A DNA stretch of 64,000 bases, taken from the NCBI GenBank assembly GCA_963700285.1, contig CAVOXA010000001.1, forward strand, positions 448,001-512,000, given 5' to 3'. Every line of letters starts with the position of its first letter. The stretch's first letter is position 1. The translations under genes were made by a program, and so were the position numbers. Source of the DNA: an uncultured Chloroflexia bacterium. Its GTDB lineage: Bacteria; Chloroflexota; Anaerolineae; JAAYZQ01. The notes beneath the pieces were generated by a model. The model was given only the letters and a program-made list of their open reading frames with translations, was not told the origin of the DNA and made no database searches. Of this stretch, positions 41,995 through 52,058 are shown in pieces.

Positions 41995-44379
41995 GTGAAG
42001 ATGAGGCCAAATATCCAGTATGTGCTTACGCTGATCTTGTTGGGGGCTCTACTCGTAGGATGTAGCTCCGGCGAAGCAGTTCCCACGGAAGTTGTGCAGT
42101 CGATCGCCACTGAAAGCCCAACCAGTAGTCCACAGCCGACGGACGAGCCACCGGCTTCAACCCCGACCGATGAGCCGCTGCCACCAACCGCCACCGACGA
42201 ACCAGCGCCTCCAACGCCCACGGATGAGCCTGTGCCTCCAACCCCGACAGAGTTGGCGCCAGAACCCGGTGGAGAGGTGGGTTCCTCGAATCTGGCAGCG
42301 GCTGAGAATGGTGGGCGCGTGGTTTCAGTGACGGACGAGTTGGCGTGTTGCCCGGCAAGCAGACTGCTCGACGGCTATCGACTAGATGGCGGGGAATGGT
42401 GGACCGGCGAGCCGCCCACCTTCCCCCAGGTGATCGTCTTTGACCTGGCTGGCGACGAGGCCAAGACCATTGATCGCGTAGTCTTGAATCCCTGGACGTC
42501 AGAGTGGCGCTATGCCTGGGTCAAGGATTTTGAACTCTATGTCTCCGATTCCGATCCCGATCTGGAGGGTATGGGCTGGGTTGGCTCGTTCAGGCTGGAT
42601 CACTATGGCATCGATCAGGTTTTCGAATTCGAGCCGGTAGATGCCCAGTATATAGCCTTGGTTGTAACCTCTCATTGGGGTGGTGATGAAGGCATTACCC
42701 TCAATGAATTCGAGGTCTATGAAGCTGCACCTGACGCCGTTGCTGTGGAGCCCTTTCGCCCCAGCGGAACAGGCAACCTGGTTGCTGCCGATCATGGGGG
42801 CAGCATTGTCGACTATTCCAGCGAGGATAGCTCGGGTGCGTGGCCCATTGATCACCTCATCGACGGCGAGAAGGATACGGAAACCGGCTGGAGTTCCTCT
42901 GAAGATCTGGACGAGCTACAATACATAGTTTTCTCCTTCCCAGACCAGGATGCCTACGTGGTGAACCAGGTTGTGCTGAATCCCTATTCGGAGGACTATG
43001 CGGAGGACTGGATCCAGGAATTCGAACTCTGGGGCTCCGATACAACGCCCGACCTGGACGAGATGATCCATTTGGGCAGCTTTGGGCTGGCGCAGGTGGG
43101 CGAGGATCAGGCTTTCACCTTTGATCCAGTGTTGCTGCGCTATATCACCCTGGTGCCCAGGTCCAACTATGGTGGGACAGAGTACGCCCTTAACGAGTTC
43201 GAGGTCTATGAGGTCGGGTCCATGGTGGCTGCGAACGGCGGCGTCGAGCACAAAAAAGTCGCCGTACCTGAGGATGTAGAGCTTGGCGATGATCCTCTGG
43301 AACGCCCGCCGACAACACCGCCAGATACCACCTTTGTCCCGACCGAGTTCTCACACCCGGTGGCCAGCAGCGGAGAATCCCCTCTGGACAACGTCGGCTA
43401 CGAGATCAGCCACTCCGACCTGGTCCCGGCAATCTATCATCTGTACGGCCCTTATTTCGATGACTTGGTAGTGGCTGCCGTCACCAACCACAACCCCGAA
43501 CCAGTCAAGCTCCGCATCGAAGCCTCGGTCGCCAACTATACCGACGTCGCGGTAGATACCATCACCCTCGAGCCCGGAGAGACGTTCGAGGTCAGGCAGA
43601 ATCCCCCCCTGCTTCCGGATGCTCTGGACGCGCTGCACGGCATGAAGAATGCCAGCCTGCACCTTCAGCTCGACTATCTGAAAGAGGGTGAGAAGCGGCT
43701 CATCTACGAGGGGACCGAGCCAATCACCATCTATTCCCGCGATGACTTTCCCTGGGGAATACCCGGCTACTATAGTGGCGCCATGTTTCTGGCGACGATG
43801 GTGACGCCCAACGATCCAGCCCTTGACGAACTATTGCGTGTGGCGGCGGACTATGCACCTGGCGGCCAGATGGTCTGGGGCTACAGCGACGCTGAGGACA
43901 GCGATAGCCGGGCGTGGAACACGATGAAAGCGATCTATGATGCTGTGTCCGATCATTATGATGTTACTTATGTTGCTACTGGGCTGCCCTTTGTTCCCCG
44001 CGACGAGATGGAGGAGGGATTCTGGCTTCAGCGGCTCAAGTTGCCCTACGAAGTACTGGACTCCCATAGCGGCATGTGCGCTGAGCTGTCCCTACTGTTT
44101 GCCTCCGCCTTCGAAAAGATGTATCTGCGACCGATTCTCATCAGTGTTCCAGGCCACATGTACGTAGGCGTTCCGCTCTCTGAGGAAAGCAGTTCCTATT
44201 ATTTCCTCGAAACGACCATGGTCGGGCAGAAAACCTTTGAGGATGCCGTCCAATATGCCAACCAGTCGTTCATGGAAGACGCTGCACCGTACATTGAACG
44301 GGACCGGCAGGACGTGTACTACTGGCTCGATGTCTGGGAGGCCCGCGAGGAAGGGATATGGCCTCTTCCCTGGCGATAG
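41995..44379 (+). CDS. Lipoprotein: Pro/Thr linker, two discoidin (F5/8C)-like domains, C-terminal transglutaminase-like domain
   Basis: Lipobox LVGC; repeated NL.AA..GG..V...LIDG...W...LNEFEVYE; C-terminal GMCAELS...PGHMY...LETT. Confidence 0.78.
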   Translation: MKMRPNIQYVLTLILLGALLVGCSSGEAVPTEVVQSIATESPTSSPQPTDEPPASTPTDEPLPPTATDEPAPPTPTDEPVPPTPTELAPEPGGEVGSSNLAAAENGGRVVSVTDELACCPASRLLDGYRLDGGEWWTGEPPTFPQVIVFDLAGDEAKTIDRVVLNPWTSEWRYAWVKDFELYVSDSDPDLEGMGWVGSFRLDHYGIDQVFEFEPVDAQYIALVVTSHWGGDEGITLNEFEVYEAAPDAVAVEPFRPSGTGNLVAADHGGSIVDYSSEDSSGAWPIDHLIDGEKDTETGWSSSEDLDELQYIVFSFPDQDAYVVNQVVLNPYSEDYAEDWIQEFELWGSDTTPDLDEMIHLGSFGLAQVGEDQAFTFDPVLLRYITLVPRSNYGGTEYALNEFEVYEVGSMVAANGGVEHKKVAVPEDVELGDDPLERPPTTPPDTTFVPTEFSHPVASSGESPLDNVGYEISHSDLVPAIYHLYGPYFDDLVVAAVTNHNPEPVKLRIEASVANYTDVAVDTITLEPGETFEVRQNPPLLPDALDALHGMKNASLHLQLDYLKEGEKRLIYEGTEPITIYSRDDFPWGIPGYYSGAMFLATMVTPNDPALDELLRVAADYAPGGQMVWGYSDAEDSDSRAWNTMKAIYDAVSDHYDVTYVATGLPFVPRDEMEEGFWLQRLKLPYEVLDSHSGMCAELSLLFASAFEKMYLRPILISVPGHMYVGVPLSEESSSYYFLETTMVGQKTFEDAVQYANQSFMEDAAPYIERDRQDVYYWLDVWEAREEGIWPLPWR
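42136..42252 (+). repeat. Coding tandem repeat (P/A)TDEPxP
   Basis: Four imperfect PTDEP units in the lipoprotein linker. Confidence 0.7.
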
Positions 44380-44397
44380 GAAGCTTGTTGGATGATT

Positions 44398-44421
44398 GGG
44401 CAGGTTGCCAACCTGCCCTAC
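44398..44421 (-). repeat. GTAG-type REP-like palindrome
   Basis: Minus strand GTAG-GGCAGGTT-GGC-AACCTGCC-C, located in an intergenic gap. Confidence 0.65.
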
Positions 44422-44484
44422 AGGATCAGAATCGCTGTGAAGTGAAGTACAGAGCTACGGCCGTGAAACGGACTGAAAGTTAGC

Positions 44485-46146
44485 ATGCGCACATCTGCTG
44501 GCCAGCTTGGAGCACGTCTCCAATCCGCGATGCAGGCCCACAGGGATTTCTGCTTGATCCTTGTGCTGGCTGTATCCTTCCGGGCCATGGCCCTCCTGGT
44601 ATTCCGGCCTGGCGGCTATCTGGGCGAGATGTCTGACTTTGGCTACTATCGCCTACTCCTCAGTTTCACGAATCAGGGTTTTTATCCCCTGGTAGACTTT
44701 TGGGTCGAGTACCCGCCCATCTTTCCCTGGATCCTGGTGGGCCTCTACCGCCTGAGTCTGTTGGTACCAGCCTTGCCCGAGCCAGGGGCCTGGTTCTATC
44801 TCTTGCTCAGCGCCTTTCTGCTGGTCGTCGAGGCTGGCAACCTGGTTCTGTTCTACAACATCAGCCGGCGTCTGTACGGACAAGAGCGAGCCATTCGCTT
44901 GTCCTGGATCTACACCGCACTTCTGGTCCCGGTATTGACGCTGTTCGTCGGCTTTGACGGCCTGTCCCTTCTCTTTCTGCTCTGGGCAGTGTTGCTGACG
45001 CTGGACCAGCGCCCGGTGGGCAGCGCGATCGCGGCAGGCCTGGGTTTCATGACCAAGCTGGTGCCCATCGCGGCTGCTCCTGCTGCCCTGCAGCACATGA
45101 AGCAGAGGTCTCAGCGTCTCAAATACCTGGTTGCTGTCTCGCTGACCGTGCTGGTGATTGCTGTCCCCTTTCTGATCGCCGGCCCGGACTATTTGATCCA
45201 GTCGCTCAAGAGCCCCGTCGTGCGCTCTACCTGGGAGACGGTCTGGGCTCTGATAGACGGCTATTATTCCTTTGGCGTGGCCGGAGGCGTTGACCGCTTT
45301 GATCCGGCCATGGCTGGCGCTGCCCAGCATCCAACGCGCCTGCCCTGGACGCTCATTACCATCGGTTTTCTTCTCTTCTACCTTTTTCTCTACACCCGGC
45401 GCGTGGACTGGACGGATCGCCGCCGGACCGTGGCTTTCACGGCATTGACCCTGAACCTGCTAACCCTCTATTTCAAGGGTTACAGCCCCCAGTTTCTGAT
45501 CATGCTGCTGCCCTTCTTGATCCTGCTCATCCCGGGCTGGCGGGGCATTGCCTACGCGCTACTGCTCAGCTTTATCAACCTGGTCGAGTATCCGCTTTAC
45601 TTTTTGGTCCTGCCGGATGAGCGCTGGTTGCTGGCTGGCACTGTCTTGTTGCGTACCTTGATCCTGATTGTGGTCACGATCGAGTATGCTGCCCAAGTGT
45701 ATGGCTGGCGGATCGACCGTCGTTGGTGGCGGAGGGTGGCTGTTGTAGTGGTAGCCATCGTGGCTGTAGTGGGTGTGATTGGTGCAATCGCCGGTTCTCA
45801 GGCCTACGGGGAATCGCGTTACGCTGCCAGCTCGCATCGACCGGCCATGGACGTCTTGAGCGAGCCGGCCATGGCCGGGGTCACACTGGTCACGGACGAT
45901 CTGCATGCCTACGAGAGTCTCTACCCCCACCTTCGGAGCCAGCTAAGCCTTCACTTGATCGAGACCTACGACTATTTGCCTCCGTGGGAATTCCGGCTGG
46001 AAACCATTGCGACCGGGTCGCCAGGCGAGGTATGGATCTATGCCCCAGCGGAATCCCCCTTGTACGAATGGATGTCTGAGCGCTATCCACCCCTCGCTAC
46101 CCACCAGCTCGACGATTGGGAGCTGTCTGGGTGGGATGCGCGATGA
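44485..46146 (+). CDS. GT-C fold membrane glycosyltransferase (GT87/DUF2029-like)
   Basis: DFWVEYPP, GFMTKLVP, KGYSPQF; multiple TM helices. Confidence 0.8.
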   Translation: MRTSAGQLGARLQSAMQAHRDFCLILVLAVSFRAMALLVFRPGGYLGEMSDFGYYRLLLSFTNQGFYPLVDFWVEYPPIFPWILVGLYRLSLLVPALPEPGAWFYLLLSAFLLVVEAGNLVLFYNISRRLYGQERAIRLSWIYTALLVPVLTLFVGFDGLSLLFLLWAVLLTLDQRPVGSAIAAGLGFMTKLVPIAAAPAALQHMKQRSQRLKYLVAVSLTVLVIAVPFLIAGPDYLIQSLKSPVVRSTWETVWALIDGYYSFGVAGGVDRFDPAMAGAAQHPTRLPWTLITIGFLLFYLFLYTRRVDWTDRRRTVAFTALTLNLLTLYFKGYSPQFLIMLLPFLILLIPGWRGIAYALLLSFINLVEYPLYFLVLPDERWLLAGTVLLRTLILIVVTIEYAAQVYGWRIDRRWWRRVAVVVVAIVAVVGVIGAIAGSQAYGESRYAASSHRPAMDVLSEPAMAGVTLVTDDLHAYESLYPHLRSQLSLHLIETYDYLPPWEFRLETIATGSPGEVWIYAPAESPLYEWMSERYPPLATHQLDDWELSGWDAR

Positions 46147-48365
46147 ATGGTCCGATCGCCCCAGACGCGAAAACTGACCGGCGCGATGGAGCGCTGGCAG
46201 TGGCTCTGTTTGCCCTGCTCTTTAGCGTCTATTTGCTGACCTTCAGTGGCGTTTTTCACGCCAGCGACGAGATGTCGATGCTGGCCGTGACCGACAGCCT
46301 GGCCCGCCGGGGCGCCTGGGACATCGAGCTGCTGCGCTGGATGGGCGAGCAGCAGGGCTCGTTTGGGCCGGATGGGCATCTCTACGGGAGAAAAGGGATT
46401 GGCACGACGCTGGCAGCCCTGCCTCACTACTGGCTGGCCCTGCGGATCGAGGGTTGGGGCAACGTCCAGACGGCGATGCTGACCAATGGCGCAATCACGG
46501 CCCTGACGGGTGTACTGGTCTACCTCCTTCTGCGCAGGCTGCGCTACGGTGACGGCGTGGCTCTGGGTACGGCTCTGGTTTATGGCCTAGCCACCATGGC
46601 CTGGCCCTATGCCCGCTTCCTCTTTAGCGAGTCGCTGGCTGGTCTGGCTCTTATGGCTAGCTTTTTCTTTCTCGTTTGCTTTGGGAACCCCCCTGCCCGC
46701 TCCGCCCGCGAGCGGGGCCGGGACTGGCTCTACGCCTTGCTGGCTGGTACGGGTCTGGGCCTTGCCCTTTTGGCCCGCTTGAACAATGCCCTCGCCGGCC
46801 CGCTTCTGGGTGGACTCTTGCTCTTTTACCTGTACCGCCGCCATGGGAAGAACTGGCGGGCCTGGCTGGGGCCGCTCCTTCTCTTTGGACTGCCAGCGCT
46901 CATGGCCCTGGGCATAACTGCCTGGTACAATTGGCTGCGTTTTGGCAACGCGTTGACGACCGGCTATCTGCCCGAAGAGCGCTTTGCCATGCCTTTTCTG
47001 CAGGGGTTCTACGGGCTGATCCTGAGCCCCGGCAAGGGTCTCTTTTGGTACAACCCGATCCTCTTTGCCTCCCTGGTCGCCTGGCCCGCCTTTTTTCGGC
47101 GTCATCGCGCCGAAGCATTGATGATTGCTTCCATGGTCTTGGTTGGTGTGGCCTTCTATGCTTCGTGGTTCTTGTGGTGGGCAGGCCATGGTTGGGGCCC
47201 GCGTTTCCTGGTAACGATCCTGCCCTTTGCCGTCCTACCTCTGGCACCGGCCCTGGAGGCCGCGTCCCGCCGCCGCGCCCTGGCTCTCGTGGTGGGCGTC
47301 CTGGTGCTGGTGAGTGTTGCGGTGCAACTATTGGCTGTGACCGTCGACTTTAACCTCTACCTGGAAGATATCTACGCTGAACTGGGGCTGTATCACCCGG
47401 CCACCCTCTTTGACCCGGCCTACAGCCCCCTGTTGAGGCAGCTCGCCTACTTGAACCCGGGCAATCTGGATCTAGCCTGGCTACGGGACGGCGCGGTCAA
47501 CTGGGCGGCGCTGCTCATCGGGCTTGGGCTCGTCGTGGCCTCGGGCCTGGGACTGTGGCTTGCCTGGCGCCGGCGGCTGGCCGCTTGGCACGGTGCAGTT
47601 CTGCTGCTGTTGCTTCTGTTTGGCATCGTCCTCTCTTTGTTCAGCTACGCGCCCGAGGGTCGGGTTGCCGTGGCTGCCAGAGACCTGGTCGCCATGGAGA
47701 AGCCAGGCGAGGCGGCAGCCCTGACCGAACCGCTGCTTACAGAACCGTTCCAGGACGCCTACGACGGGCGCCTGTGGGTGTGGGGTGTGCCGTCCAGGGA
47801 GGGAATCGGTGTAGAAAACGAGGGGCTGTGGGCCGCTGGTGCCGGAGATCCGGATGCCGCGGCGGCGCGCTTCCAGACCGGCGCGGTACGTCTCGACCTG
47901 TTCCCGGCGTCCGGCGGGGCCTTTGACGCGGCACGTCTGCCGGTCCAACCTCTGGAAGCGTCCCTGAACCTGGGCGATGTGGTGGCGCTGGTTGCCTTCC
48001 GCCTAGATGATATAGTTGTCCGTCGCGCTGAGATGCTGCCAGTGACGGTCTACTGGCGCGCCCTGGTCCCCATGCCGGTCTCCTATACTGTCTCCGTGCA
48101 GCTCATCGACGAGGGCGGCGTCAAGGCCGGCCAGGTCGACCGCCTGCCCTGCGATGGCGGCTGTCCCACGACTTCCTGGCGGGTGGGCGACGTTGTCGGT
48201 GAGTACTATGAGCTTTCCATCGACCCAGGCGTGCCGCCGGGCCGCTACCAGCTTACTGTCGGCATGTACGATCTGGCTACAGGCGAAGGCCTGCCTCACC
48301 TGGATGCCCAGGGTCAGGTCGTAGCTGACCTGCTCCTGCTGGGTACCATCGACGTCGAACCGTAG
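46143..48365 (+). CDS. GT-C fold membrane glycosyltransferase (PMT/GT39-like) with C-terminal Ig-like domain
   Basis: SDE loop, WPYARFLFSE, SPGKGLFWYNP, WGPRFL, tail PTTSWRVGDVV...GMYD; ATGA overlap with the upstream gene. Confidence 0.8.
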   Translation: MNGPIAPDAKTDRRDGALAVALFALLFSVYLLTFSGVFHASDEMSMLAVTDSLARRGAWDIELLRWMGEQQGSFGPDGHLYGRKGIGTTLAALPHYWLALRIEGWGNVQTAMLTNGAITALTGVLVYLLLRRLRYGDGVALGTALVYGLATMAWPYARFLFSESLAGLALMASFFFLVCFGNPPARSARERGRDWLYALLAGTGLGLALLARLNNALAGPLLGGLLLFYLYRRHGKNWRAWLGPLLLFGLPALMALGITAWYNWLRFGNALTTGYLPEERFAMPFLQGFYGLILSPGKGLFWYNPILFASLVAWPAFFRRHRAEALMIASMVLVGVAFYASWFLWWAGHGWGPRFLVTILPFAVLPLAPALEAASRRRALALVVGVLVLVSVAVQLLAVTVDFNLYLEDIYAELGLYHPATLFDPAYSPLLRQLAYLNPGNLDLAWLRDGAVNWAALLIGLGLVVASGLGLWLAWRRRLAAWHGAVLLLLLLFGIVLSLFSYAPEGRVAVAARDLVAMEKPGEAAALTEPLLTEPFQDAYDGRLWVWGVPSREGIGVENEGLWAAGAGDPDAAAARFQTGAVRLDLFPASGGAFDAARLPVQPLEASLNLGDVVALVAFRLDDIVVRRAEMLPVTVYWRALVPMPVSYTVSVQLIDEGGVKAGQVDRLPCDGGCPTTSWRVGDVVGEYYELSIDPGVPPGRYQLTVGMYDLATGEGLPHLDAQGQVVADLLLLGTIDVEP

Positions 48366-48723
48366 GCACTGTCCCCTCGCAGTGACCGTTTTGAGCGCTG
48401 AGAGTGTTTTACTCAGGGGGACTGCGTGGTCGACCGGCCTGAACGTTTCCAGGTAGATCTGATCTAGGGGCACATTGTGGTGCGACAGATCCTCCCATGG
48501 AATAACCGTGGGTACCTGAATGTGTAGCTTCGTACCTTTTCCGGTGGCCGGCGACGCCGTCGCGGTGATCACGGGAATCTCCACATTGTCAACAGTATCT
48601 ACCAGTGCCTGCGCATCCTATCCTTTCAGCCTGTGCTAGGGTCCTCGCTCACCACTCTGATACGATAGGAAAGCCGGTTCTTGGTCGATGGGTCATTCTC
48701 AACCCAATCGAAGACTCCTCTGT

Positions 48724-48752
48724 TTGACAGGATACCCATCCTCCTGTATACT
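48724..48752 (+). promoter_or_regulatory. Near-consensus sigma70 promoter
   Basis: TTGACA-17 nt-TATACT. Confidence 0.7.
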
Positions 48753-48998
48753 GGACGTGTATCTACCTAGGTTGGCGTGCATGGGGCACTCCAAGGGTCC
48801 GATGTGTGATGCGGTGTCAACACGAGGGCTCATCGTCGAGGACCAATCCCCCGGGAATACCTTTGTCCGATTGACGGCAGTCGTCCGGAGCGTGTGTGCG
48901 TCCGGTGGCTGCCGTTTGTGTTTTGGGGCTGGGGAATAGCGCTGGGCGCAGCGTGTCCACGGGCCTGGCACGTGGATCCCGCCCAGGCCCCCAGCGGG

Positions 48999-49235
48999 GC
49001 CGAACAGGGCAACCTGTCTGAGCCATTCTCGACGTTGGTGGGTGGCTATAGCTAGTGGTTCCTGAGCCTACCGGTGGAGGAGTGTGGCGGCCTAAAGCTC
49101 AAGCTACAGGTCATTGGCCGCAGAGGTAGAGTAGTAGAGTCAATGGTACCAGCCTCTGAGTTACAGCCAGCGCTGGCGGTCCAGATCACGGAGGGTAGTG
49201 CCTGCGGCGTCTATCTGCCTCTAGCCATCCGATAG
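48999..49235 (+). pseudogene. Decayed 3' remnant paralogous to the C-terminus of the downstream surface protein
   Basis: AEQGNLSEPFSTLVGGYS*WFLSLPVEECGGLKLKLQVIGRRG...VYLPLAIR* aligns with DEGGNESEPLSAVVDGYGYWSLNLPVQDCEGVQLKLEAIGQRG near 51580-51710. Confidence 0.75.
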
Positions 49236-49250
49236 GAAGGGGTTGTATTC

Positions 49251-51839
49251 ATGCCTTTGCATCACAAATCGCGTCAGAATACTGCGCTCCATCTGTCAGT
49301 TCCGGCAGGTGCAGCGCTGATGCTGATGGTGACTGCGGCCGTACTCTTGAATCTGGTCCTCGGCCAGCCAATTAAGGCGCAAGCCCAGCAGTTGGACCCA
49401 GGAGAATACGAAGACCGAAAAGCGCAACTGGCTGCGCGGGCGGCACAGCCCTTCAAAGATGATGGTATGCGCCAAGAGTGATGACGGGCACAAAGTTGGT
49501 GATGGACCAGCCCCAGAACGTGCCCAAGTACTTTTCCAAGTTTCCCGAACCTGGATATGAGAAACGTACGGACCTGATCCTGACGCTTGATGATAGCAGC
49601 TCCAAGTCCCTTACTGTGCAAAGGGCGCAAACGGCCGTGAACCTCGCAGACGCAAACCCTGAAGCCAATGAGACGGTGAACGTTTTCTACGCTGCCGAGA
49701 TGGTGACGGGGACGCTCTATGAGTTTGGCTATACCCTGGAGCCGGCGGAACAGGACTTTGAGCAGATCCACTCAGGGAGGCGACAGGGTGTCGTGTTTGT
49801 CTCGCAGCGTTCCGGATCCGGGGCTCGACTGTACTTTCTGCCGCTGAATGACGACCTGCTACCAGCGGGGTCTCCAGATCCGTTGACCGACGGCGTGATC
49901 ACCGATCCCCGCCGGCCTGCGGCGTCCGCTGATGGCCGGTTCATCATATTCGATGCCGATTACTACAAGCCCTACCATGTGTCTAACGAGACAAAACAGC
50001 GAATCCACACGCTTGACCTTTCCAGTGCTGCTGTGCGCCGGTTGACCTCGGATCCCTTTGGCGCGAGCAGCGATTGGGGCGCTAGCCTCGACCACGACGG
50101 GGCACGGTTTGTAATGATCTCCAATCGCGACGGCTCGCCGCGCATGGTTATCGCATCGGTGGCGAGTGGCCAGGGCGGTGGTTTTGGAAACGAAGTAGGC
50201 CAGGCATCCAGCGCGGACTGGAGCCATGTACGCAACGAAATTGCGTTCGCCGATGCCAGCCGACTCAAGATCCTTGACGTCGACACAGAGGAAGTTGCCG
50301 ATCTCCTCTATGCGAGTGGGGCAGATAGTCCCCGATTCTCTCCCAGTGGTGACCAGATCGCCTTCTCTGTTGGGACAGGTCTGCAAGTTGTGAACCGCGA
50401 CGGAACCGGCAGCCGGCCCGTGGCTGGTGGTTGTTTCTATCCCACTTGGGCGGGTGAATCCCATCTGATTGCCCAGTGCAGCGTGAGTGGCAACATCGAC
50501 CTGTATCTCATCGAGGTCGGTGGGGGATCGAAGACTCGTCTGACCACCGATCCCGCAGAGGACAGGGAACCAACCTTCGTTCTAGCAACTGGGCCGACGC
50601 CTTCCCACAAGATTGCGATTTCGCCCTCCTTGAAGTTGCTCTCTTGGCCGCTGGAACCTCTGCCAGACGCCGAGACGGCGTTGGATGAAATCGAAAGCCA
50701 GGGCGGTAACGCGCCCGAGGTGTATTGTTGGCTGAGCAAAGCCGATATCTGGGACGGGTATGCAAAAGGTTTGCCCTTCCACAACTTTTCCCTGGAGTTA
50801 GGCCAGGGCTACTTTGTTCGGGCCCAAGAATCCAGTACCTGGGCACGTCCCGGCTGGCCCCCAGAGACTCCAGTGCCGGTGGACCTCAACCCCATCTGGA
50901 CGCTGATCGGTCTGCCAAGGTTGCCAGAGCCGATGACGGCTGGAGATCTTGTTACCGATGCCAACGGTCAGGGTGGGGCTTGCACCGAGGTCGCTCGTTG
51001 GGAGACATCCGTCTCAGACTATCAGATTTTCTGCCCTGCCTGGCAGCGACTTTTATCTTACGAATGATGAAGGCTACTTTGTCAAGTGCGCGAACGCCAT
51101 CACCTATCGGCCTGGAGAGGGTAGGGTGCAGCAGAATCTGTCAGCAAAGCCGATTCCTGTCGAGCCGGCGACCCTGGCGTCAGTGGCGGACCCGTTGATC
51201 TCTGATGTGTTGATCACTAATCGCCGCGACGTAGCGTTCACGGTCACCTGGCGGACGGACCGGGCTAGTACGGGCTGGGTAGAGTATGCGAAAGACCTGA
51301 CAGGTTCTGAAAACCTGTCAGGTCTGGCGGCTCACGATGACCTGGGCCAGGGGACCGTCTCGCAGGTCCACCACGTCACCCTCACTGGTCTCACCCCCGA
51401 GACGACTTACTACTTCCGCGTGCACTCGGGCGAGACGGTGGACGACAGTGAGGGGCGCTCTATCAGGTTACGACCAAGGAGACTGAGGTGCCGCCAGTGC
51501 CAAACCTGGCCTACGGCCAGGTCCTAATCCCGGACGGGAAACCGGCTGTGGGCGCGTTGGTTCGAGCCTGGCTGGTAGACGAGGGCGGCAACGAGTCGGA
51601 GCCCTTGTCGGCTGTAGTGGACGGCTACGGCTATTGGTCCCTCAACCTGCCTGTGCAGGATTGTGAGGGAGTTCAGCTCAAACTGGAGGCCATCGGCCAG
51701 CGGGGCGCCGCAGCGGAGCAGGTCCTGCCAGCGTGTGAGGTACGGCCAGCGGTGACAATCAAGCTGCCCGCCGAGAGCCCCGTCGAGGACACCACCTTGG
51801 AGAATGTACCTGCCCATCATCCTGCGGCAGTCTCGATAG
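49251..51839 (+). CDS. Secreted multidomain surface protein: TolB/PD40-like propeller, repeats, FN3-like domain, C-terminal YLPIILR motif (about 4 frameshifts)
   Basis: Signal peptide (ORF 49251), PRFSPSGDQIAF and SADGRFIIF repeats (ORF 49478), FN3-like VTLTGLTPETTYYFRV (ORF 50949), ORF 51488, shifted end MYLPIILRQSR* at 51839. Confidence 0.7.
51293..51325. repeat. 33-nt palindromic element in frame within a CDS
   Basis: AGACCTGACAGGTT-CTGAA-AACCTGTCAGGTCT, a perfect 14-bp stem, translated within KDLTGSENLSGL. Confidence 0.85.
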
Positions 51840-52058
51840 GGAAGCAGCCGCTGAGTAGCATGCAAAGAGTGGCCCGGGTGGCGGGCATCTGTTGCTGGTG
51901 GCCGGGGAAACAGGCGAGCTGCCTTTGGGCCGTGATCATGACACCTTACTGTGCTGCTTGACTGCCGGCTGGGCAATCTCCCAGACCGGTGCGCTCACTC
52001 CCGCGGGTCACGGACCTGCTTGGAGCTGCGGACAGGTCAAGGAGGATGATGCGGACGG

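Noticed and set aside
48574-48605. AATCTCCA as another site of the BaeR-like regulon
   Set aside because: Single copy with no 11-bp periodic partners and no phased -10.
48366-48620. Minus-strand ORF 48003-48584 as a real gene
   Set aside because: It overlaps the GT-C gene antisense for most of its length and has no recognisable motif or RBS; a remnant cannot be excluded.
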